Origin: an uncultured delta proteobacterium
GTDB taxonomy: Bacteria > Myxococcota_A > Polyangia > Polyangiales > Houyiibacteriaceae
Direction of reading: 5' to 3'
NCBI GenBank assembly: GCA_963699755.1
Contig: CAVOVB010000003.1
Location: 288,001 to 352,000 of the forward strand
Length of the DNA stretch: 64,000 nt
Shown here: positions 43,549 through 51,801 of the stretch, one piece after another
Layout: each line of letters begins with the position of its first letter
Numbering within the stretch: position 1 is the stretch's first letter
Made by a program: the position numbers and the translations under genes
The notes under the pieces: model-generated
What the model was told of the DNA's origin: nothing
Databases searched by the model: none
What the model saw: only the letters and a program-made list of their open reading frames with translations

Positions 43549-44562
43549 ATGTTTCGTATCGTGATGCTCGCCGGTTTGTTGCTGGCGACGAGTGCTTGCC
43601 GAACGAAATTCCAGCCTCAGACGGTGCAGGCGGCTGACCCTGGTCCCCCGTTGCGGGTCTTGCCTGAAATTCGGGTCGTCGATGCCGGGATGACCCCGCG
43701 GGTTCCGCTTCGCTATAGGGTTGCGCCCGGGCAGACCGAGACGCTTTTTCTCGAGCTCGCGCGCGGGCGGTCGATGCAAGCTGCCAGTCAGGGCGCCGAA
43801 AGCGCCATTGCGCCGGTGCAACTCGAGGTGAAGATGGGCCCCGCCCAACCGACGCCTCAGGGGTTCATCCGCCATCCCGTTCAGATCACCCAGGTCCGAA
43901 TCTCGAAGATGGCCGAGAAGATGAGTCCCGCTCAGCGCGAGCAGATGGAACAGATGCTGGTGCCTCTCTTGCAAGTCCAGGGTTGGAGCGAAATGGACGT
44001 GCAAGGACGAGTCCGCCGAGGGGAGTTCCGTGGCATGGAGGACGTGCCACCGACGCTTCGCACCATGCTTGGCAACATTCGGAGCGCGCTCCTCACCGTA
44101 CCGTTTCCCGACGAGCCCCTCGGGGCGCGGGCGCAATGGGAGGTCGAGCGCCGTCTTCAGTTCTCCGGCATCTGGGTGGACCAGGTCGTGACCTACCGCA
44201 TCGACAAGATGGACGACGATCAGCTCCAGTTGCAGATCACGGCGCGCCAAACCGCTCAACCCCAGTCGATCGGCAACAGCCGACTCGAGGCCTACCAAGC
44301 ATCGATCCTTGGGTCAGCCACGGTTCGCCTGGGCTACTTCACGCCGTTTTCCGAGGCTGAGTCGACCTCCCAGATGCGCATTAGTACCCAGACCGAATCT
44401 GGGCCCGAGCTGGTTCGCGTCGACACGGTGACAGCGGTGAGGCTCTACCCTGCGGAGGCAGCCGGGGAATGGGCCAGTGAAGAGCCCGAAGAGGAACCCG
44501 CCGATCCAGAAGACGCGAAGATCATCACCGATCCAGGGAAACAAAAACTGAAGTGGCAGTGA
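43549..44562 (+). CDS. Lipoprotein, DUF6263-like (paralog 2)
   Basis: Lipobox TSAC; VVDAGMTPRVPLRY, PFPDEPLGARAQW; aligns with the preceding gene. Confidence 0.7.
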   Translation: MFRIVMLAGLLLATSACRTKFQPQTVQAADPGPPLRVLPEIRVVDAGMTPRVPLRYRVAPGQTETLFLELARGRSMQAASQGAESAIAPVQLEVKMGPAQPTPQGFIRHPVQITQVRISKMAEKMSPAQREQMEQMLVPLLQVQGWSEMDVQGRVRRGEFRGMEDVPPTLRTMLGNIRSALLTVPFPDEPLGARAQWEVERRLQFSGIWVDQVVTYRIDKMDDDQLQLQITARQTAQPQSIGNSRLEAYQASILGSATVRLGYFTPFSEAESTSQMRISTQTESGPELVRVDTVTAVRLYPAEAAGEWASEEPEEEPADPEDAKIITDPGKQKLKWQ

Positions 44563-44646
44563 GAGTGGCAGTGAGATCGGAGCGCGGAGACAGGAACGAC
44601 CAGGTTCCCCAACGGCAGGCGGCGGCGCGAGGCCTTCCCCGATGAC

Positions 44647-45378
44647 TTACTCTCTGCGCACGAATTGCTTTGGGTCTAGCTCTGCGACGAGCGCGTCGGC
44701 CGCTTTCGAGACCGCGTCGGGGTCGTTGCCGTCGAAGGTTACCTTGGTGCGGTAGTCTTCGGCTCTCCATTTGACGTAACTGCCGACCATCACGGCGGGG
44801 AAGTCCTTGGCGATGCGCTCCAGCACGCTGGCGATTTCGCCTTCGCCGCTGAGGGTATAGATTGCCTGCGAGTGGAATTCGTGGCCCTGGTCGAGTCGTT
44901 TCCGGAGGTCGACGAGCTTAAGCTCGAAGATTTCGGGGACCCCCGGAAGCACGAACACGTTCTCGATGACGACCGTCGGCCAGGGAGCCTCGGAGCTGCG
45001 AATCATCTCGGCCCCCTCGGGCATGTTCGCCATGCGGAAGTGGGCTGCGGTGGCGCGGTCGCCGTAGTATTGGCGAATCATTTTCCCGACCGCCTCGGAA
45101 CGAACCACCGGCCGGGCAAACGAAGCTGCTACGCCTTCGATCGTCACGTCATCGTGGGTGGGGCCGACACCGCCGCTGGTGAAGACGAGGTCGTGGGAGG
45201 TGCGCAGAGCGCTGAGGTCTTTGGCGATCGTGTCGATCTCGTCGGCGCAGATCACGACGCGTCGCAGCTCAATTCCGAGCTCGAACAGTGTGCGCGCGAG
45301 AAACGTCGTGTTGGTGTCGACGATCTTGCCAGACAGGATTTCGTTGCCGATGATCAGCGCTGCAGCAGTACGAGGCAT
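44647..45378 (-). CDS. CinA N-terminal-like molybdopterin-binding protein (no PncC domain)
   Basis: IGNEILSG..DTN, SGGVGPTHDDVT, LPGVP. Confidence 0.88.
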   Translation of the reverse strand: MPRTAAALIIGNEILSGKIVDTNTTFLARTLFELGIELRRVVICADEIDTIAKDLSALRTSHDLVFTSGGVGPTHDDVTIEGVAASFARPVVRSEAVGKMIRQYYGDRATAAHFRMANMPEGAEMIRSSEAPWPTVVIENVFVLPGVPEIFELKLVDLRKRLDQGHEFHSQAIYTLSGEGEIASVLERIAKDFPAVMVGSYVKWRAEDYRTKVTFDGNDPDAVSKAADALVAELDPKQFVRRE

Positions 45379-45379
45379 G

Positions 45380-46510
45380 TTACTCCTGGCCTAGCTCAAT
45401 TCCGAGCGCGCGCGCTACCGCGACGAGCTCCCCGTCGGGGGGCACGCGCTTGAAATTCGCCACAGCGGATTCGAGGGGCACCGAGACGACGTCTTGACCT
45501 CGGAGCGCGACGAGTTGGCCTGCGTTGTCGTGATAGCAGAGCTCTGCGGCACGGACGCCAAACCGCGTACCGAGAATACGATCGAAGGAGGAGGGCGATC
45601 CGCCCCGCTGCAAGTGCCCGAGCACCGTCACTCGAACGTCGTGGTCGATGCGGCCCTCGAGCAGGCGGGCTAGCTGAAAGCCCGGTCCATCGGCGCGGTG
45701 AGAATGGTGCTCATGCGCTGCGGTGATACTTGAAACGGTGCCGCCGCGGGGTTTGCTGCCTTCTCCGACCACCACGATGCTGAAGTTGTCAGATGGCGAC
45801 GAACGCTCTGCGATCTTGTCGACTATGCGGTCGACGTCATAGGGAATCTCGGGAATGAGGATGACGTCGGCGCCGCCCGCGATGCCCGACATGAGCGCGA
45901 TCCAGCCCGCATCGTGTCCCATCACGTCCAGGATCATGACGCGGTCGTGCGCTTCGCCGGTGGAATGCAGCACGTCGATAGCGGCGGTAGCCGTGCTCAC
46001 GGCGCTGTCCAAACCGAACGTCAGGTCCGTCGCCGCGAGATCATTGCTGATCGCTTTGGGAATGCCCACGACTTGAACTCCTAGCTTCGCGAACCGCATG
46101 CCGATATCCATCGTTCCACCGCCGCCCACCAGCACCAAGGTGTCGATCTCGAGCTCGACGAGCTTGGCCAGCACGCGTTCCGAAACATCGATCGTTTTGT
46201 GGCTGCCGTTCGGAGCGACTGCCCCATATGCAAAGGGGTTCGCCCGATTCGAGCAGCCCAGGATGCTGCCGCCTTTCGGCAGGATGCCTCGAACATCGGA
46301 GCGCATGAGCTTCACGACGCGGTTCGGCTCTTCGATCAGACCCGCAAAGCCGTCTTCGGACCCGTACACCTCAAGGCCAAGTCCAGTCGCCGTCTTCACG
46401 AAGGCGCGAAGAACTGCATTCAGACCGGGAGCATCTCCGCCGCCCGTCAGAATGAGGACACGACGGACCGTCTCCTCTTTCTGCTCGCGCGCAAGGTTGT
46501 CATCAGTCAT
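45380..46510 (-). CDS. 6-phosphofructokinase family protein with degenerate catalytic motifs
   Basis: TGGGDAPGLN and LGHLQRGG kept; GGGGT, PKAISND, DVMGH replace GGDG, TIDND, EVMGR. Confidence 0.9.
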   Translation of the reverse strand: MTDDNLAREQKEETVRRVLILTGGGDAPGLNAVLRAFVKTATGLGLEVYGSEDGFAGLIEEPNRVVKLMRSDVRGILPKGGSILGCSNRANPFAYGAVAPNGSHKTIDVSERVLAKLVELEIDTLVLVGGGGTMDIGMRFAKLGVQVVGIPKAISNDLAATDLTFGLDSAVSTATAAIDVLHSTGEAHDRVMILDVMGHDAGWIALMSGIAGGADVILIPEIPYDVDRIVDKIAERSSPSDNFSIVVVGEGSKPRGGTVSSITAAHEHHSHRADGPGFQLARLLEGRIDHDVRVTVLGHLQRGGSPSSFDRILGTRFGVRAAELCYHDNAGQLVALRGQDVVSVPLESAVANFKRVPPDGELVAVARALGIELGQE

Positions 46511-47228
46511 GAGCGGCTCTCTTCCCCGACATCTCGTACATGGCGATTGCTGCGGCCACCGATGCGTTCAGCGAGTCCATGGGCCCTTTCTGAGGGATGT
46601 GAGCGACTATATCACAGCGTTCTCGAACCATTCGGCGCAGGCCCTTGCCTTCGGAGCCAACGACCAGCACGCGCCCTCCGGTGCTGGGCTCGAGCTGGCG
46701 GATGTCGATCTCGGCGCCCGCGTCCAGCCCGACAATCTCCACTCCGGCCTCAGAAAGCGAGAGCAAGGTGCGCTGCAGATTCGTCACTCGGGCAATTCGA
46801 GCGTGCTCGGTAGCTCCTGCCGAGGCGCGCACGACAGCGCACGTGATCCCCGCGGCTCGATGTTTGGGGAAGATCACTCCATCGAGGCCGAGCGTTACGG
46901 CGCTTCGAATGATGGCGCCCAAGTTCTGCGGATCGCTCACCTGATCGAGAGCGACGAGTAGAGGGGCTCCCTGGGCATGGGCGAGGATCTCGTCGAGCTG
47001 GGCAAATTCGTAGTCGTCTGCGATCGCGACGATACCCTGGTGTCGCACGTCATCACTCAACCTATCGAGCTCCGCCCGGTCGCGATGGGTCACCGGGATG
47101 CCCTGGGCCTCTGCGGCTTCGCGAATGTCCGGGAAGTCGCGTCGCGATTCGGTGTAGATACGGCGGACCTTGGCATTTCCGCGCATGCCCTCGAGCACGG
47201 GCCGCCGCCCTGCGAGCACCCGTGTCAT
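46503..47228 (-). CDS. rlmB: 23S rRNA (G2251-2'-O)-methyltransferase
   Basis: HQG, DPQNLGAIIRS, GSEGKG, SLNASVA SpoU motifs. Confidence 0.9.
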   Translation of the reverse strand: MTRVLAGRRPVLEGMRGNAKVRRIYTESRRDFPDIREAAEAQGIPVTHRDRAELDRLSDDVRHQGIVAIADDYEFAQLDEILAHAQGAPLLVALDQVSDPQNLGAIIRSAVTLGLDGVIFPKHRAAGITCAVVRASAGATEHARIARVTNLQRTLLSLSEAGVEIVGLDAGAEIDIRQLEPSTGGRVLVVGSEGKGLRRMVRERCDIVAHIPQKGPMDSLNASVAAAIAMYEMSGKRAAHD

Positions 47229-47932
47229 CGCGAAAGTGCCAGTCCCACTTCGCGCGCGATCGCTGCAGCAGCTTCCGCGGGATCTTTCGCATCACGAATC
47301 GGCCTTCCCACGACGAGAAGGTCGGCGCCTGCTGCAATGGCGTTGGCAGGGGTCATCACGCGTTTCTGATCCCCGACGTCAAAGCCGGCGGGCCGAATCC
47401 CCGGCGTCACGAGGAACGCCTCCTCACCGAGCGTGGCCCGCAGTCTCGTGCTCTCCTGGCCCGACGTCACGAAGCCTCGAAGCCCCGCGCTCCATGCAAG
47501 CCGCGCCAGCCTATCCACGGCATCCCGCAGCCCTCCTGTCCATCCGATCGCCTCGAGCGCGGTCGCGTCGAGGCTGGTCAGTACCGTAACGGCCAATAGG
47601 CGGGTCGACCCCGCGTTGAGGTTTGCCTGCTCGAGGGACTCGAGCCCCGCGGCGGCGTGCACCGTGAGATAGGCGACCTCCATGGACGCTGCTGTGGCGA
47701 CCGAGCGCGACATAGTCGCCGGAATGTCGTGTAGCTTCAAGTCGAGAAAGCACTGGGCATCGACCTCGTGCACGGCATCGACCGCCGCTGGCCCGACCGC
47801 GGTAAAGAGCTCCAGACCGACCTTGAAGGTGCCGATGTGCTCGTGCGTTTTCTCGATCAGCGACTTGGCTGCATCGAGGTCGGAAACATCGAGTGCAAGC
47901 GCGATGCGCGACCTCGGGTCGTTCTCATTCAT
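47225..47932 (-). CDS. pyrF: Orotidine-5'-phosphate decarboxylase
   Basis: ALD, KVG, DLKLHDIPAT, TPGIR, VVGRPI. Confidence 0.96.
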   Translation of the reverse strand: MNENDPRSRIALALDVSDLDAAKSLIEKTHEHIGTFKVGLELFTAVGPAAVDAVHEVDAQCFLDLKLHDIPATMSRSVATAASMEVAYLTVHAAAGLESLEQANLNAGSTRLLAVTVLTSLDATALEAIGWTGGLRDAVDRLARLAWSAGLRGFVTSGQESTRLRATLGEEAFLVTPGIRPAGFDVGDQKRVMTPANAIAAGADLLVVGRPIRDAKDPAEAAAAIAREVGLALSR

Positions 47933-47961
47933 GAATCACCGCAGCAACGCTACGGTGCCGG

Positions 47962-48696
47962 CTAGAGGCTGTCCAGCCCCGCCAAGGGATCATCGGTGTC
48001 GGCCTTGCGCGGCTTCGAGCGTCCGCGCCGTTGGGCACCCGAGGGGCTCGGAGCTGCCGCTCTGCGTGCCGCCGCCGCTGCCTCTGCATCGCGCTTTGCC
48101 TGCTCCGCGAGACGCGCCCGTTCAGCTTCTGCTTCTGCGCGCTTCTGCGCCTCTAACTCTGCTGCGGCGCGAGCCTGCTCCGCTTCCCGCGCGGCGCGCT
48201 CCGCATCCATCCTGGCCGCCAAGGCAGCCGCTTCACGACGTTCCATCTTTGGCTTGTAATAACCGAAGTAGGAACCTGCGCCGACGCCCAGAACCAGAAT
48301 CGCTGCCGCCGCCAGCAGTCCTGGGTGAACCCCTTTGCGTTGCCGTGCGCTGATCGCCGCGAGCTCGCGCTCGTGGTCGAGCATCCGCGCGTGTTGCTCG
48401 GCTTTCTCCCGGGCTTCTTGCTCGAGACGCACACGCAGCTGTGCCGCCTCGCGCTCCCGAGCGGCTTGCTCCTCCGCTTCGCGCGCTCGCCGTGCCTCGG
48501 CCTCTCGTGCCTCTTGCTCGGCGCGCCGTCGGGCAGCTTCCTGTTCTTCTCGGGCGCGGGCCTCGGCTGCGATGCGTTCGCGCTCTTCGGCTTCGCGCTG
48601 AAGGCGCTCTTCTTCTTCGCTACGAACCCGATCCTCTTGGATGCCCATGAGCTCACGAAGATTGAAGAGAACGGAAGACTCTTGTTCCTCGGACAT
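47962..48696 (-). CDS. Single-TM coiled-coil protein
   Basis: N-terminal ESSVLFNL, E/R/A-rich coils on both sides of one TM, C-terminal DDPLAGL. Confidence 0.8.
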   Translation of the reverse strand: MSEEQESSVLFNLRELMGIQEDRVRSEEEERLQREAEERERIAAEARAREEQEAARRRAEQEAREAEARRAREAEEQAAREREAAQLRVRLEQEAREKAEQHARMLDHERELAAISARQRKGVHPGLLAAAAILVLGVGAGSYFGYYKPKMERREAAALAARMDAERAAREAEQARAAAELEAQKRAEAEAERARLAEQAKRDAEAAAAARRAAAPSPSGAQRRGRSKPRKADTDDPLAGLDSL

Positions 48697-48904
48697 GATG
48701 CTAGTTATATTACACTTTTCCGTTGCGTACGGACAAGGGTTACGAGGGCATTTTCGAACCATCAAACGCTAGCAACGCGTTCCGAGGGCTGTCAAACCAA
48801 CATATTCGTAAGATTTCCAGCCCCACGAGAACAGAGCTCCATCGAGGGCTAGGGTGGTCATTGTGATTTGATATACAGCGGATTTTACCGATATTATTGA
48901 AATC
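48697..48904. promoter_or_regulatory. AT-rich divergent promoter region
   Basis: Visibly lower GC than flanks; minus-strand TTGTCC-N18-TAATAT upstream of 48696. Confidence 0.4.
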
Positions 48905-50614
48905 GTGAGTCAGCTCCAAGACTTCCTGCAGTACCTCGACCGAGGTGACGTGACCGAAATCGTCTTCCAAAGCGGCGCGGCGGCCACTGCCAAGAAGAAG
49001 GGCAAGCCCAGGCCGGTCACCAGCGAGCCGATGAGCGCGAGGCACATCCTCAAGCTGGTGAGTGACACACCCCTGCAGCGTCTGGTGCCGAGTGAGGACG
49101 GCGCGTCCGCGCCGACACTGACTCGGATCGACGGGGTGGAGTATATCGTGACGGTAGCTCGCTCCGGAGAGATGCTGCTGCTTCGGGTGCGCCGTCCGGA
49201 TCGGAATACCGAGCTGCCCTCGGCACCGATTGGTGCCGTCTCGCCAATCCTAGCATCGATCCCGGCCTCCGCAGTCGAGCAGAAGCAGGCCGTGCGATCG
49301 TACGAGCCTCCGCCGATGCCTGCGAAGGATCGTGCAGCCGCTGCCGCGCCTGCGGCGGTCGCGGCGCCTGTACCGGGGTGGGCGTCGGTGAAGAAGCAGG
49401 CGTCGCCTCGGATTTCATATCGCCCTCAGGCGGAAGCTTCGCCGCTCGCCCAATTCGTGCGAGCGGACCTTCCGTTGAAGGCGCCGGCGGCTCTCCATGC
49501 ACTCCTGGAGCAGGCCCGTGATCGGGCTGCCAGCGATGTGCACATCATGTCGGGCGAGCCTCCGCGACTCCGTTGTGCTGGGAACCTGACCGCGGCCGGC
49601 CCGGTCCTCTCGGATGAACAGGCATGCGCCCTCGTCATGCCGCTCCTGAACGAGCGGAACGCCAAGCAGCTCGAGGAGCTCGGATACGCGGATTTCGCCT
49701 GCCAGTTGGAAGGCGTGGGCCGTTTGCGCGTCAACGTCAACAGGCAGCGAACCGGAATCAAGGGCTGCTTCCGCCTCATCATGGCCGAGCCTCCAACGCT
49801 CGACTCGCTCGGCCTCCCGCACGAGCTCCGGCAGATGCTCAACTACCATCAAGGATTGGTTGTGGTTTCCGGACCGAACGGCGCCGGAAAGACTACGACT
49901 CTTGCCGCCTTGGTCGACCTCTTCAACCGCGAACGAAGCGTCCACATCATCACGGTCGAGGATCCTGTCGAGGTGATCCATCCGATCAAGAAGGCAATCG
50001 TCAGTCAACGCGAGGTCGGAATCCATACGAAGAGCTTTCACTCTGCCTTGAAGGGTTCCCTTCGAGAGGACCCCGATGTGATCGGAATCGGCGAGCTTCG
50101 CGACCGCGAAACGGTGGAGAAAGCGCTGGAAGCAGCCGAAACGGGTCACCTCGTGTTCGCGACCATGAGCACGCCGTCGGGTGCGAGGACCATCGACCGG
50201 CTGATCGACATGTTTCCGCCCGACGACCAATCGCAGGTTCGAGCCACCTTGGCCGGTGTGCTCAAGTTCGTGGTGAGCCAGCGATTGGTGCCGCGCAAAG
50301 ATGGGAATGGAAGAGTCGTCGCGGTCGAGCTTCTGACCGGGGGCATGGCGTTGTGGACGCTCATTCGCGACGACAAGCTCTATCAGCTTCCGAGCCTGCT
50401 CCAGCGAGGTCGCGCGTTCGGAATGATTCGTATCGAGGACTCCTTGAACGAGCTCCTGTCATCGGGTGTGATTTCGCTCGAGACGGCGAAGTCGTTCGCG
50501 GATGATCCGCGAGTGATCGGCCACACGCCAAAGCAGGCCACGGCACAGCAGTCGTCGTCGGAAGGCGGCGCCAAGGGCCATAGGCGCAACCCGTTTTCGA
50601 AGAAGGGCGGATAA
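48905..50614 (+). CDS. PilT/PilU-family ATPase with N-terminal extension
   Basis: ASDVH, GPNGAGKTTT, TVEDPVE, REDPDVIGIGELRD. Confidence 0.9.
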   Translation: MSQLQDFLQYLDRGDVTEIVFQSGAAATAKKKGKPRPVTSEPMSARHILKLVSDTPLQRLVPSEDGASAPTLTRIDGVEYIVTVARSGEMLLLRVRRPDRNTELPSAPIGAVSPILASIPASAVEQKQAVRSYEPPPMPAKDRAAAAAPAAVAAPVPGWASVKKQASPRISYRPQAEASPLAQFVRADLPLKAPAALHALLEQARDRAASDVHIMSGEPPRLRCAGNLTAAGPVLSDEQACALVMPLLNERNAKQLEELGYADFACQLEGVGRLRVNVNRQRTGIKGCFRLIMAEPPTLDSLGLPHELRQMLNYHQGLVVVSGPNGAGKTTTLAALVDLFNRERSVHIITVEDPVEVIHPIKKAIVSQREVGIHTKSFHSALKGSLREDPDVIGIGELRDRETVEKALEAAETGHLVFATMSTPSGARTIDRLIDMFPPDDQSQVRATLAGVLKFVVSQRLVPRKDGNGRVVAVELLTGGMALWTLIRDDKLYQLPSLLQRGRAFGMIRIEDSLNELLSSGVISLETAKSFADDPRVIGHTPKQATAQQSSSEGGAKGHRRNPFSKKGG

Positions 50615-50617
50615 ACG

Positions 50618-51694
50618 ATGCCGGCTCTCGATCGCTACTTCGATATTCTGCTCGCAAAGGGAGGGTCCGACCTTCATCTTTCAATCGGCTATCCGGCCAT
50701 GATCCGTGCCAAAGGCGAGTTGATGGCCATCGAGGACCGACCCCTCGACCACACAGGCATCGTGCGGCTCATGGACGAGATCATCGACGAGGACCGGCGA
50801 GCCTACTTCCATGCCTATCGCGACCTCGATTTCGCGTATGGCTACGAGGACAAGGCGCGATTTCGCGCCAACTACCTCTACAAAACGACCGGGCCCGGTG
50901 CAGTCTTTCGAACGATTCCAAGCGAGATACTCACGGCCGAGCAACTTGGACTGCCGCATGCTGTCATCGAGCTCTCGGAAAGGCGCTCGGGCCTGGTTCT
51001 CGTGACCGGACCAACCGGCAGCGGCAAGAGCACGACGCTTGCAGCCATGCTCGATCACATCAATCGCAACCGCGAAGGACACATCCTCACGATCGAGGAT
51101 CCGATCGAGTTCGTTCATACTCCGAAGCGGTGCCAGATCACGCATCGTGAGGTCGGCGACCATACTCCGAGCTTCGCCGATGCGATTCGCAGCGCCGGGC
51201 GAGAGAATGCCGACGTGATCCTGGTGGGCGAGCTCCGAGGCCGCGAGACGATGCAAATGGCGCTTCAGCTCGCAAGCTTTGGCATCTTGATCTTCGCCAC
51301 GGTACACACGAACTCGGCGCCGGCAACGATCGATCGCTTCGTCAACGCGTTTCCTGCGAGCCAACAGCCTCAAATCCGAGGCATGCTCGCGGATTCACTG
51401 GCGGGCATCGTTGCCCAGCAGCTTCTGCGCAAAGCCGATGGAACTGGCCGCATCGCAGCTCAGGAGGTTCTGATCGGAACGTCGGGCGTAGCAGCCGCCA
51501 TCCGCGAAGCGAAGACCTCGATGCTCCAAAGCCTCATCCAAAGCGGCGGAACCTACGGGATGCAAAGCATCGACTCGGTGCTGGAAAAACTCGTGGTGGC
51601 GGGCAAGGTCACGCCAGAAGACGCACTCGAGAAGGCCGCAGACAAGACCAGCTTCTCGCGAATTCCGCAGGTCGCAGCGGCGTTGAAGCCATAG
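50618..51694 (+). CDS. pilT: PilT-family ATPase
   Basis: GSDLHL, GPTGSGKSTT, TIEDPIE, LVGELR. Confidence 0.88.
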   Translation: MPALDRYFDILLAKGGSDLHLSIGYPAMIRAKGELMAIEDRPLDHTGIVRLMDEIIDEDRRAYFHAYRDLDFAYGYEDKARFRANYLYKTTGPGAVFRTIPSEILTAEQLGLPHAVIELSERRSGLVLVTGPTGSGKSTTLAAMLDHINRNREGHILTIEDPIEFVHTPKRCQITHREVGDHTPSFADAIRSAGRENADVILVGELRGRETMQMALQLASFGILIFATVHTNSAPATIDRFVNAFPASQQPQIRGMLADSLAGIVAQQLLRKADGTGRIAAQEVLIGTSGVAAAIREAKTSMLQSLIQSGGTYGMQSIDSVLEKLVVAGKVTPEDALEKAADKTSFSRIPQVAAALKP

Positions 51695-51801
51695 CAACCC
51701 GGGCGCCTGGAAGCGCCACTTGAAAATGGTGCGAGCCGTTCTCCGATCCTGAGCTTGACATTCGCCGAGCGATGCGTCGTCCCGCACCCCGTTTGCGAAG
51801 T

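Noticed and set aside
44552..44575. 12-bp tandem duplication AGTGGCAGTGAG spanning a stop codon
   Set aside because: Likely replication slippage; only two units and no coding consequence
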